The notes under the pieces were generated by a model. The model was not told where the DNA came from. It searched no databases and worked only from the letters and a program-made list of their open reading frames with translations. A stretch of 64,000 bases of DNA, from NCBI GenBank assembly GCA_013265495.1, contig MU058103.1, forward strand, positions 684,001 through 748,000. Direction: 5' to 3'. Within the stretch, counting starts at the first letter, position 1. Every line of letters begins with the position of its first letter. Shown in pieces: positions 13,146 to 25,532 of this stretch. Both the position numbers and the translations under genes were made by a program. Origin of the DNA: Vicugna vicugna. Taxonomy: Eukaryota.

Positions 13146-13726
13146 AAGCGCATGCCAGGCAGAGCCACATGTGTGGGCTGCCGGCTGCTTGTGGTGGTAC
13201 TGAGTTGCTTGTTAGGCAGAAATCAAGCGACCACTCATCTAGAATGCTAGGGCAAAGCAGTAAGTTGAGGCTACGTCAGACCTTCTGAGTTTCCTTCTAG
13301 CTCTGCTTTTCTGTGATCCAAAGAGATTGGAATTGTTTCTATATGTAGGAAATGACTTTTTTTTCCCATCTGAAAGAAATGTTTAATTCTGATTCAGCCT
13401 TATTCATAGTATCCTAGCAATTATTATCCTATTTGTGAGGATTAAAAGACAGGTATTTTAAGATTTTTTAACCACCATAAGACAATGAATTATTTAAAAT
13501 TTTCTTCACCATCTAAATCCATGGTTGTAGCCAGGGATATCTTGCAAATAAATTTTTATTCCCGTTACACCATTCCCGGGCTGCTGCATTCTTTAGGCTC
13601 CATTGCTGGCTCCCCTATTTTAATGTCATTATCTCCCACTTGGCTTCCTGCCCCGCCCCGACTGCTCCCTCCTGGCTTCCTTCCTCACTAGTGCCAGACT
13701 TCTCCCTACCTTTCCCTGATTGAAGC

Positions 13727-14210
13727 TGTGTTAGTTTCCTGTGACTGCAGCAACAAACTCCCTCAGATGCTGTGGTTTATAACAACAGAAATGGATTCTT
13801 TCACAGTTCTGGAGACCAAGAGTCCTAAATCAGTATGAACTGAACTGAAGCTGTCAGCAGGGCCACCCTCCCTCCTGAGGCTCTAGAGGCAAATCTGCGC
13901 TTTGCCTCTTTCAGTGTGTGGTGGCTGCAAGCATCCCTTGGCTTATGGTCACATCACACAGATTTTCAAGGCCAGCATCTTCCATCCTTTCTCTGATCTG
14001 CCTTCATATCACCTTCTTTCCTGTGTGTGTCAAAGTCCTTCTGCTTTCTTCTTATAAGGATATGTGCGATTGCATGTTGGGCCTACTTGGATGATCCAGG
14101 ATAATTTAAAGATCCATAATTGCATCTGCAAGGGCTCTTTCTAAGGTAATTTTTACAGGTGCCTGGGACAAGGACCTGGTGTCTTTGGGGGCCATTATCA
14201 GCCTGCCACA
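13727..14210 (-). mobile_element. MLT1 (C/D-like) MaLR LTR
   Basis: tgtgttagtttcctgtgactgc...aacaacagaaat...cacagttctggag...cagcctgccaca termini. Confidence 0.88.
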
Positions 14211-14727
14211 GGGCTTACAGTGGTTTGTCATCAACTGTAAAATGAAGTCCATGCTTATTATCAGGAAATGCAGGTTCCTAAGATTCTGACCCTTATTTCA
14301 TTTTCTCTTCAGATCTTCCATGGTGGTTTTCTGTATCTCTAATAACCTTTTTTTTTCAAATACACCCATTTCCTAAACACAAGCCATTCTTTCATACTTT
14401 TCTCCCTTTTTGTACCATGCTGTCCTTACCTACAATATGTTTTCCCCTTTTATCTTGGCAAATCTTTATTTATTTAAAATATACAGAGTGATTACAAAGT
14501 ATTGGTAACTGTGCTGAATAAACTAGGTTTGGTCCTGAGTTTGAGGACCTGAGCATTTGCTGGTGGGGGCAGAAAAATAGAGAACTGAGTATGATAAATG
14601 CTGCAGTAAAGAAAGAAATACGTAGAATACTCTAAGAATACAAAGGATGGGCATGGGGAGGGCAGGTGGACAGGGAAGGTATCCTCTTAAAGGCAATGCC
14701 TAGATCCATCTAATCAATACAAGTCTT

Positions 14728-15452
14728 TTTTTTTAAGTATAATTTATTTGCAACATTATGATAGTTTCAGATGTGCAGATAGTGATTCAGTATTTTTATA
14801 GATTATACTCCATTCAATGTTTTGGTAAGATAATGGCTATAATTCCCTGTGCTATACAATATATCCTTGTTTCTTATCTATTTTATACATAGTAGTTTGT
14901 ATCACTTAATCCTATCCCACAACTTACCCCTCTCCTCTTCTGTCTCTACTCTGGGAACCACTAGCTTGTTTTCTTTGTCTGTGAGTCTGTTACTATGTTG
15001 TTATATGCATTCATTTTTATCATATTTTAGATACCACATATAAACGATATCATATAGTATTTTTCTTTCTCTATCTGACTCATTTCAGTAAGTATAATAT
15101 TCTCTTGAACCATCCATGTTTTTGCAAATGGCAGAATTTCATTCTTTTTTATGGCTGAGTAGTAATATTATATATAGAAGGACACCTGAGTAAACAGACA
15201 CACACTAAGACATATCATAATTAAAATGGCAAAAGTTGAAAGAAAGAGAGAATTCTAAAAGCAGCAAGATTAAGATGTGAAGCATAAAGATGTAAAATAT
15301 GACATCAAAAGGAAAAATGCAGGGGAGGGGAGTAAAAGCAGTATATCTTTTAGAATGTGTGTGAACTTAAATGACAACCAGTTTAAAACAAGCAGGTATA
15401 ATTATAGATACAATTATAGATCAACACAATATGAACCCCATGGTAACTCCAT
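14728..15452 (-). mobile_element. 5'-inverted L1 insertion: antisense 3' end (14728-~15168) plus sense ORF1/inter-ORF fragment (~15172-15450)
   Basis: TSD TACAAGTCTT (14718-14727/15453-15462); TT/AAGA endonuclease site; ORF1 peptide remnant RHIIIKMAKV...ERILKAAR. Confidence 0.8.
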
Positions 15453-15559
15453 TACAAGTCTTAAGCAGTAAAGTAGCCAGATGCAGGAGTGGGTGATGGT
15501 GATAAATGGTGGAAGTGGAAGGATATGGAGGCCTTCATGATTATGTGGTTCTGTCTACT

Positions 15560-16630
15560 TTTAAATTTTTCCCAGTTTTATTGGTATATAATTGATGTAT
15601 AACATTATATAAGTTTAAGGTATACAACATGATACACATTTGGTACACATTTATACACTAACAGCAAAATATCTGAGAAAAACGAAGAAAACAATATTTA
15701 CAATAGCATCAGAAACAATAAAATACTTAGGAATACATTTAACCAAGGTGATGAAAGATCTGTATACTGAAAACTATAAAACACTGATAAAGAAAGTGAA
15801 GAAGACACATTCAGTGCAAAGATATCTCATGCTTGTGCATCAGAACAATTTGTATTGTTAAACTATAGATTCAGTGCAATCCCTATCAAAATGTCAATGG
15901 CATTTTTCAAAGAAATAGAAAAGACAATCCTAAAATTTGTATGGAACTATAGAAGACCCCAAATAGCCAAAGATATCTTGAGAAAGAACAAATCTGGAGG
16001 CTTTTTTTTTATTTCAAACTATTCTACAACCCTGTAGTAATCAAAATAGTGGTATTAGCATAAAGACACATAGATCAATGGACTAGAAGAGAGTCTAGAA
16101 ACAAACCCCTACATGCAAGGTCAACTACTGGTTGTCAAGGGAGCCAAAATACCCACTGGGGAAAAGATAGTCTTTTCAATAAATGGTGTTGGTAAAACTG
16201 AATATCACATTAAAAAGAATGAAATCAGACCCCTTTCTTATACCACCCAAAAAGTTAACTTGAAATAAAGATTTACATGTAAGACTAGTATTATAAAACT
16301 CCTGGAAAGAAACTTAGGGGAAAAAATCTTCCTCGCATTAATCTTTCCAATGATTTTTTGGATATGACATGAAAAGCTGAAGTGATAAAGGCAAAAATAA
16401 GTAGAACTACATCAGAATTAAAGGCTTCTGCACAACAAAATGAACAATGAACAGGATGGAGTAGCAACTTACATAATTTGCAATCTTTTTTCCTATTTTG
16501 TATCAGATAAGGGGTTAATAACCAAACTATATAAGGAACACATACAACTCAATAACAAAAGAACAAATAGTCCGATTAAAAATGAGCAGAGGACCTTAAT
16601 AGTTATTTCTCCAAAAGTGATATGCACATG
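15560..16630 (+). mobile_element. L1 ORF2 fragment (+, ~15642-16630) joined to a short antisense L1 tail (~15560-15640)
   Basis: ORF track gives [17 protein letters not shown] and YRFSAIPIK...ILKFVWN, both L1 ORF2p. Confidence 0.85.
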
Positions 16631-16784
16631 TCTGTTATCTTAAGGAGCCTATATTTTTGTCCTTTAAACATACGATTTACCAACACTAAAATGAATTTTC
16701 ATTTTATATTTTGAACACAGTTTCGTAATAATTCCAATATAAAAAAATAATAATGGACATTTTTCTTAGCCATGCTCATTTTTA

Positions 16785-18543
16785 TTTATTTTTTATTTTT
16801 TTAACTTTTTTTTATTGATTTATAACCATTTTACAATGTTGTGTCAAATTCCGGTGTAGAGCACAATTTTTCAGTTATACATGAACATATATATATATTC
16901 ATTGTCACATTTTTTTCTCTGTGAGCTACCATAAGATCTTGTGTATATTTCCCTGTGCTAAACAGTATAATCGTCTTTCTCTATTCTACAATTTTGAAAT
17001 CCCAGTCTATCCCTTCCCACCCTCCATGCCCTTGGCAACCACAAGTTTGTATTTTATGTCTATGAGTCTGTTTCTGTTTTGTATTTATGCTTTGTTTGTT
17101 TGTTTTTGTTTTTGTTTTTGTTTTTGTTTTTGTTTTTGTTTAGATTCCTCATATGAGCAATCTCATATGGTATTTTTCTTTCACTTTCTGGCTTACTTCA
17201 CTTAGAATGACATTCTCCAGGAGCATCCATGTTGCTGCAAATGGCATTATGTTGTTGGTTTTTATGGCTGAGTAGTATCCATTGTATAAATATACCACTT
17301 CTTCTTTATCCAGTCATCCGTTGATGGACATTTAGGCTGTTTCCATGTCTTGGCTGTTGTAAATAATTCTGCTATGAACATTGGGGTGCAGGTGTCATCC
17401 TGAAGTAGGGTTCCTTCTGGATATAAGCCCAGGAGTGGGATTCCTGGGTCATGCGGTAAGTCTATTCCTAGTCTTTTGAGGAATCTCCATGCTCTTTTCC
17501 ATAGTGGCTGCACCAAACTGCATTCCCACCAGCAGTGTAGGAGGGTTCCCCTTTCTCCACAGCCTCTCCAGCATTTGTCATTTGTGGACTTTTGAATGAT
17601 GGCAATTCTGGATGGTGTGAGGTGATACCTCATTGTAGTTTTAATTTGCATTTCTCTGATAATTAGTGATACAGAGCATTTTTTCATGTGCTTTTTGATC
17701 ATTTGTATGTCTTCCTTGGAGAATTGCTTGTTTAGGTCTTCTGCCCATTTTTGGATTGGGTTGTTTGGTTTTTTCTTATTAAGTCGTGTGAGCTACTTAT
17801 ATATTCTGGAGATCAAGCCTTTGTCGGTTTCATTTGCAAAAATTTTCTCCCATTCCGTAGGCTGTCTTTTTGTTTTATTTATGGTTTCCTTTGCTGTGCA
17901 GAAGCTTGTAAGTTTCATTAGGTCCCATTTGTTTATCCTTGCTTTTATTTCTATTGCTTGAGTAGACCGTTCTAGGAGAACATTTTTGAGATGTATGTCA
18001 GATAATGTTTTGCCTATATTTTCTTCAGGGAGGTTTATTGTATCTTGTCTTATGTTTAAGTCTTTAATCCATTTTGAGTTGATTTTTATGTATGGTGTAA
18101 GGGAGTGTTCTAGCTTCATTGTTTTACATGCTGCTGTCCAGTTTTCCCAACACCATTTGCTGAAGAGACTGTGTTTATTCCACTGTATATTCTTGCCCTT
18201 TTTGTCGAAGATGAGTTGACCAAAAGTTTGTGGGTTCATTTCTGGGCTCTCTGTTCTGTTCCATTGGTCTATATGCCTGTTTTTGTACCAATACCATGCT
18301 GTCTTGATGACTGTAGCTCTGTGTATTGTCTGAAGTCTGGGAGAGTTATTCCTCCAGCCTCTTTCTTTCTCTTCAGTAATGCTTTGGCAATTCTAGGTCT
18401 CTGATGGTTCCATATAAATTTTATTATGATTTGTTCTAGTTCTGTGAAATATGTCCTGGGTAATTTGATAGGGATTACATTAAATGTGTAGATTGCCTTT
18501 GGCAGTGTGACCATTTTAACAATGTTGATTCTTCCAATCCAGG
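16785..18543 (-). mobile_element. Young 5'-truncated L1 (ORF2 3' third, 3'UTR, A tail)
   Basis: 17-bp perfect TSD AGCCATGCTCATTTTTA (16768-16784/18544-18560); ORF2p peptides including [18 protein letters not shown]; stop at 17793-17795. Confidence 0.97.
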
Positions 18544-19529
18544 AGCCATGCTCATTTTTAGGTCTTGGTTTAAACAATATTTTCTCAGGGAGACCTTCCA
18601 TACCTCATGGGCCATATATTCCATCATATAACCCTTTGCCAACTTGCATTTTTTAATTGAAACTCTCATCATTGTTTTAGTATAATTAGTTGTTTAATAT
18701 GTCTTGCCTGTATATATAAATTAACTTTTATAAATTAAAGGTTAAGTGTTTTAAAGTGAAAAGGTTGTATTTGTTCATTGCTTTATATCTGAGACCCAGC
18801 ACAGTGTCTGACACATATCAGGTTTTTACCAAACGATTTTGAAAATAATCAACATAAGAGTAAGACAAGAGGGTCTTCCGACTCCCAGTGAGTTCCACGA
18901 ATACCAGTACTGTCAAATCTCATACTATAATGTTTTAAGTGTTTACTTGTTCCTGCACATACCTCACTGTGACAGTTTATGAAGGGCATGCACCAAGTTA
19001 ATGTACCTAAACTCGGCATAGTCTTAATTAAGCATGGCACGTCTGATGTACTTGTTATAGAGATTTTGCTTGTTTGGTTCTGTTTTTAGCAGACACGCAT
19101 AGGCCTGAATTTAAATATAAGCCAGGGAGAAACCTTGTTAATCAATAATATATTCCCAGAGGTTGAGATGGAAGGAGAAATTATACTGTGATAGCTTTAC
19201 TGAAAGACTTTGTTTGGCAGCAAATTTTAGTGTACTGATGATCTTCAGTGTGTTCAAAATTTTATTTGACATATTTAAGTGGATGTGTTGTTTTTAATTA
19301 AAGATTTTTATCTGACAAAATATATTTTAAATTAATCATTTTTAGTCCTCCTGGATCACTTCTGTGGAGACATAAGGTCTGTAGAACTATTTGGAAGTCA
19401 CAGCTATAGACAAATCCAGAGCAGCTAGGGAGTTCCAACTATGAAAAGACACGTGTGCTAGAAGGAGAAGAAAACATAGGTGAAGTCTACCATAAGTATA
19501 GGCCTCAGAGAATCTTTTTAACTAGGAGT

Positions 19530-21420
19530 GAAAACCCATATGCAGTTTTTAAAAATTGATAAATTTGAATACATAAAGATAAAAAACAAATTTGGAATAG
19601 CAAAAATTCAAAGTAAAATGACCAATTGAGAATAAAATTTGCAATGCATGTCAAAGAAAAAAGACCAATATCTTTAATTTTTAAAGGACTTCTAAGAATT
19701 AGAAAGCAAATTTGTCCTGTAGAAAATTGGGCATAGACCATTAGCAGACATTTTACAAAATGTGAAATAAGAATAGACCATAAACTGATGAAAAGATGCT
19801 CAACTTCATTCATGATAAGAAAAATGAAAATTAATACTAGACCAAGGAACTATTTATCATGCAGTAGATTGTCAAAAATTGAAAAACTTGAGAATACAAT
19901 CTATTGGTGAGACTATAAGGAAATAGGCGCTTTCATACATTGCTGGTGAGAATGCAAAATAGTATAACCCCTATGAAAGTTATCCATGTGTACTTACCTT
20001 TTGACCCAGAACACTCACTCCTAGGGATTTACCGTAGTGATATACCACCAAGGATATAAAATTGCATATGCACAAATGTATGTATTACATCATTATTTAT
20101 ATTTGTAAAATTTGAAAACTACTGAAATGTCTTAACTAGAGAGGATTCGTTAAACTATGGTAAATATATACAGCTGAAAATAATGGGAACTGGTTATCTA
20201 TAAGTAATAAGGTGAGAAGGAAATGAGGCAGAAGGAATACAGGAAGAAATGACGGTGACAATTCTTTGAGTATAAATTTTTGCATAGTTTTGATCTGTGA
20301 AATTATGTTAATAGTCTACACTTTCGAAAATAAAATTAGTGAGTGGGGGAAAAAAGACTAAAAGGAAACTGAAGAGAGAGGAAGGATTAATCCAAAGTAA
20401 TATTTTCTGTGTACTCTCAGTCACAGGCCGGTTGAGTAGGAGGAAGAAATGCCAATGAACACGAAACACTTTTTAATAGCTTTAGGTTTTCTTTTCTTTT
20501 CTTTTTTTTCTTTTCTTTTTTTTTTTTTTGTGGTATTAAGGCAAAATCATTCTGAAACTCTTTTGGGTGTATTGTAGGATTCAGCTAACGAACGCATACA
20601 TTAATGTTAAAGAAAAAGAGGATTTTCACTGATTTGAAGCATAATACAAATATTAAATTCTATATGTCATAAAACAAACAAAAAATCCTTTGGAGATTGG
20701 AATTTGAAGTATCACTGTGAGTTCATGATTTCTAGTATGTGTGTATATATCTATACATGGTACATTGACACACGTATGTGTATGTACATTTCTCTGTATA
20801 GTATATGCATGCATATTGTTATGTATATATGCACGCATGTGTTTCCTAGCCCTGCCCACCGGCAGGGCCAAGAGTCAAAGACATCCCAACAGCAGTAAGT
20901 AAACCTGGTGCCGAGATGTTGCTACCTAACACCCCACTGTCATGAAGCAGAGACTCTCAGACAAGTACTGATTTTAGGACCGGGCCGGATAGGTACAACA
21001 TGAGTCTGAAAAATCTTGGTGTGCTAGAAATGCAGGGAGTGCTTTCAGAAATGATGGGGGCGTGTTACAAGAACATGGAAAATAGCATGACAAGGCTTCC
21101 ACTGGACAAATCTGGAATAATTTGAACACAAAAATAATTAAGCACAATAGAGAAATATAAACCATTAAAGATAGAGTATTTCATTAATTTGGCCATACGT
21201 AATAAAAAATAGATCAAATCAATCAGTCAAGAAGAAGGGAGGGCTCTTGCTTAGAGTAAAATGCTGAGGGCCTGTTGTTTAATATGAAAGAAGTGTATGA
21301 GTTGGAAAAGTAGTATTTTGCATCATTATGGTAAAGACTGGATGAGGAAAAAAATCATCAATGACTGCTAATCCAGGGAGAAGTTTTGATGAGGTATAGG
21401 ACATTTGCACAGTCTACTTA
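19530..21420 (+). mobile_element. Old L1M (MC/MD/ME-type) ORF2 end and 3'UTR fragments
   Basis: aaagatgctcaacttcattcatgataagaaaaatgaaaattaa; tcatacattgctggtgagaatgcaaaat; L1MC-type 3'UTR at ~20650-21400. Confidence 0.75.
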
Positions 21421-22469
21421 TCACACACACACACACAGGCTACGTGTAAATGTGCATCTGTCTACACCTGTACACACAGACACACACATACCCCTAGAAA
21501 GGCCTAATACATGTAGATGCTGTCTGAGTGGTTGCCATTATGGCCTAACTATTATGATTAGTGTGTTATTATGGTCTCTCTTTGCATTGACCATCTAGAC
21601 CTTGGCCTAGAGCAGGTTCTCTAGAATCTTGTCTAACCTGTCTTGTGGCTGCTTGCTCCCACCCTCCATCTGCAACCCCCAGCAAGCATTAAGTTCAGGC
21701 CAGAGTGGTTCTGACAGCTACCATTAAGGTCGTGAGTGAGATTTAAGAAAGCTGAATCTAGCCACATGATCTGGCAGTGACACTCTCAGAATAAATGCAT
21801 CTGAAAGGAAAAATCTTTTAAATTCGTGTAGCAAGAGGTAGAACCTAATAAGAAAGCAGCTCAGCCTTATTTGTAATGATTCCAAAGCAGATCTTCCCCA
21901 CACAGTCAGTGTCAGACAAATCAGTTCCTCAACTCTCACTTGCTCTTGACACTGCCTTTAATCTGTGAACTCTGAAAAGCGAAGAAATCTTGTGTGCGCT
22001 CCTCTCCCCTCATCTGTGTGTGGCTGTCAGGCAAGCAGTCAACAGTTCTTCGTAACAGAAGTTAATTGGAAGGAACTGGATGTGTCCAGCTGCTTTGGTA
22101 ATTATCAAAGCCACTCTCCTGGCCTGGAAGAGAGCCTCTTGTCTCCACACTGTTTGACAAAGAGACTCTTTTTTCCTCCTTATTGTAGTCACAGGAGCAA
22201 AACAGAGCGAAACAAAACTAAGTACTTTCTGTTTGTTTGATAAACCTTAGAATTACTTTAAGGTTGGATGCACTGAACTTTAGATTCAATTCAATTTGAT
22301 TTAAAGACATTTCAGAATCTTTGAGAAGATGTGTCCCATTCACTGCTTTGTCCCCAGTGCTCAGCCCTGTACCTGACACACAGTGAGTTCTCAGTGTTAG
22401 AAATGTTCATTATTAGTATATTTATTATCAACACTCATCTAATTCCTGTTATGTATGAGTCTCTGAAAT

Positions 22470-22700
22470 GAGCAGTTAAAGAAGAGAAAGTTTGACTCCC
22501 GGGTTGCACACACTTGGGTAGAAATCTTAGCTCTGACATGAACAGCTGCAGCATTGCAGGCAAACTCTTCTCGTGAAACATCTCATTGATACTATGCGCA
22601 TTATATATAACTCATCAGGTTGTGTAGATTTAATGATTTAAAACTATTAAAGGGCCTGGTATGCTGACTGGTATACAGTAAGTGCTTAATAAATGACAGT
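22470..22700 (+). mobile_element. MIR SINE
   Basis: aaatcttagctctgac... and tacagtaagtgcttaataaatg terminus. Confidence 0.65.
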
Positions 22701-22857
22701 TTTCTTCCCTTGCTACTCAATGTGTCTTGAGACTATATGAAGCATTGTTCTGCTTGTGACTAGTACTTTCATTCTGATCTTTACCCTTAACATTATTAGT
22801 TTAGGACAGGACAAGTCCAATTTTCTCTCTCTTTGTTCTCTATCCCAACTCCAGGTT

Positions 22858-23356
22858 TGTTACTGAGTCCAAACCCATTTTCCTTGCAACAATAGCCAGT
22901 AATTGAGAGATGAGGTGTTGGGGCAGGGAATAACGACTTTATTGGGAAAGCCAGGAGACCAAGAAGATGGGAGACTAATGTCCCAGAGAACCATTCAGGC
23001 TCCTTTTATGCTGAAAAGGAGAGGGAGTATAGTTGGTTGTTGCAAACTTCTTGATGTCAGAATCCTTTGTTCTTGCAGCCATCCACATAGGTCAGGTCAT
23101 GATGTTCCTGTAAACCTCCAACAAGACAAATGTTACTCTCTGTTTTGCAACTTTTAATCTCTGTATGAATGAAAAAGTGTTATACCCTTAACAGTCAGAG
23201 CCTTGAGAGTGGGCTGTCCTGTATATTTCAGGCTATAGACGACATTCTTTGACAAAAGGTACAGAATCAACATGACTAAGCACAGGAAACAGAGCACAGA
23301 GTTAGAGCTAAAGGAACAGATCTAATATGGAGTCAGATGCGTTCTTCCATATTATA
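22858..23356 (-). mobile_element. Cetartiodactyl ERV1-type solo LTR
   Basis: TGTTACTGAGTCC terminus, minus-strand AATAAA (ctttattgg), atggagtcag...ttata far terminus; TSD not clean. Confidence 0.75.
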
Positions 23357-23429
23357 AAATTTCTTCCATTTTTTTTTTCAGTTGAGCTAAAGGGCATCTT
23401 TTAAATAGGAATACAAGAACTCACAAAAG

Positions 23430-25085
23430 AGTTTTATTGTGTCCTACTTACATGGCAAGCACTCTAGCACGCACTGGCGATACAGAAATGAGTACAGCAT
23501 GGTGACGCCTTCCCTTAGGGAATTTGCAGCCTTGTCAGGGAGACAGGGATTTACATGTGAAACTCAAATACAGCAAGAGAAGTTTTGGATGAGAGAAGCT
23601 CTTATTATCAAAGCACTATACGAGCACTAAGGATGGAGTAGTCAACTCTTCGTATTAGAAAGCAAATGAGATGCATTAACGAAGGATTTAGATAGGAAGT
23701 GTGTCGGAGCCAGCCGACAATCGATCAGGTCCAGAAACCTGTGCTGCAGGACTGAGAAAAGGAAAGACGTAACAAAGAGACAGCAAGACAAGACTAAAAG
23801 GTGGGGTTGAGAGGGTCTCACTCTAGCCCGCAAGACGCTAGGTCAAGAGTGGACGACGAGTTTATTTCTTGCAGTCAATTTATATGATTTTAACCCATTA
23901 GCTCATACATTCCTGCCTGTAGGCAAAGGTATTGTTTTAAGGCGTGTACTAAAACCATTAACTTGTATATTGTTACAGACATCATTATTGTTTACAGTTC
24001 TTGTAAAACTAAGATTAAGAGTTCCTGGAACCAAGATGATAAGCTAAGACATTGTTCCTCTAGGCTAACATCGTGACTCGTGTATATTTAGCTCAGGTGA
24101 GTGTTCTCTAAAAAGATTACTGATTTGTGTGCCGATTGTATCTCTCCCTCTGAAGGTCCTTTGTGACTTAGTAGCTCAAGGATATTTCCTCAGGCATAGG
24201 CGCATCTGGTGCATTCTTTAGTAAAAGGTGTGGCGGGACAGAGATTGTTCTGACTCAATTGACCTTTGAGCCGGGCGCCCCGCACTGTGGGAGTTTAGGC
24301 CCAACCTTTGTGCTCGGCAGCCTCAATCTCAGAGCCTGGCGCCCTGCACTTTGGGGTTTTACGCCCAAGTTTTGTGCTCGGCAGCCCTCCGTCACGAGCG
24401 GCTCCCCGCAGAAGTGTTCTTTCCAGTGGGCTTTGAAGGATGCTCAAGTGTTTTCTAGACAGAGGAGAGGCAAAGGATTTAAAGGATTTAAAGAGAGGGG
24501 ACAGCATGTGCAAATCCAAAGAATGATGTATGTGATAGGAGATGAAAATATAGATTAGCTGCCACATGGTTTCGTGGTACATTATGCAGTGGAAGAGCGT
24601 CATTAACGAGCTAAGTGACAGAGTCAATTTTCAGAAAGATAACTGATGTTGGTGTGGAAGGTAGGTTGCAAATATTCCATACTGTAGCTGCCTCACTTGG
24701 AGTTCAGCTCCAGAAGGTGGAGCTTCGTCAGGCTCAGTGATTACTGAGGAGTAGCAAGACCTTAAGGCTTATTTATCGTCTATACCCGGAAATCACTCAA
24801 GGGCCAACCTGAAATCTGTCTACTAGTCAGAAGGCAAATGCCCAGGGTGAGTATGTATTAATCACTGACCATGTGATTCATAGACAGAAGGGAGAGAGAC
24901 TGAAAGCAAGTGGGAGACTGAGTATGAGCCTAGGATAACTGCCCAGATGATGCGCTCCTTTCAGAGGATAGCAACAGTGATAGTGGAGGAGTATGAATGT
25001 TTTCAAACATATGAATGCAGCTTCAGGAAGCTGGCGGACATTGAATACAGGAAGTGAGTGAAGCAGATAATTTGTGTGCTTTAGT
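23430..25085 (-). mobile_element. L2 3' region interrupted by an ERV2 LTR
   Basis: ttttattgtgtcctact...ctggcgatacag; gggctttgaaggatg; tttcagaaagataact motifs. Confidence 0.7.
23702..24410 (-). mobile_element. Young ERV2 (beta-like) solo LTR
   Basis: TG...CA termini; perfect 6-bp TSD GAAGTG (23696-23701/24411-24416); minus-strand TATA and AATAAA (~23860-23885); CpG retained; duplicated tttgtgctcggcagcc. Confidence 0.93.
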
Positions 25086-25109
25086 GACAGATGGCATGAT
25101 AATGTGGAA

Positions 25110-25532
25110 TCAAAAGGAACTGCTATTTGAGTTTCTTAACTTAGCTGTAACTTGTTCAATAAAAACAGGATTTTGTATTTAAACAAATGATTAGACTTGT
25201 CAGTAGAAATGTAAACAGCAACATAATTCATAAAGCTATTTTTTCTCCTCTCTATACTTCAGTCCTACTTTTTAAAAATTTAATTAGAACTTAGAGCTAA
25301 TAATTTGATAAATTCAAAAATGTAGTAATAGTCAACAAAGGTTTTTATATGTAGCATGATAAAAGATGATGGCTGCCTTCTAAATCATATTTGCAGTGAA
25401 ATGGAAAAACACTGAAAAAAATCACAAAAACATGATTTATAATGCTGATCAGACTCCCCTAATTTTCCATACAAGTTTTTTGGCATTACGTTCTCATAAA
25501 TGTTAATAAACTCAAATAGCAGTGCTTATTGA
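25110..25532. repeat. 423-bp segment with 31-bp imperfect terminal inverted repeats
   Basis: 25110-25140 vs reverse complement of 25502-25532: 27/31 identical, with a 21/22 core. Confidence 0.8.

Noticed and set aside
17686..18404. Plus-strand ORFs repeated on the minus strand at 49915-50678
   Set aside because: Antisense frames of L1 ORF2, shared only because the copies are the same subfamily.
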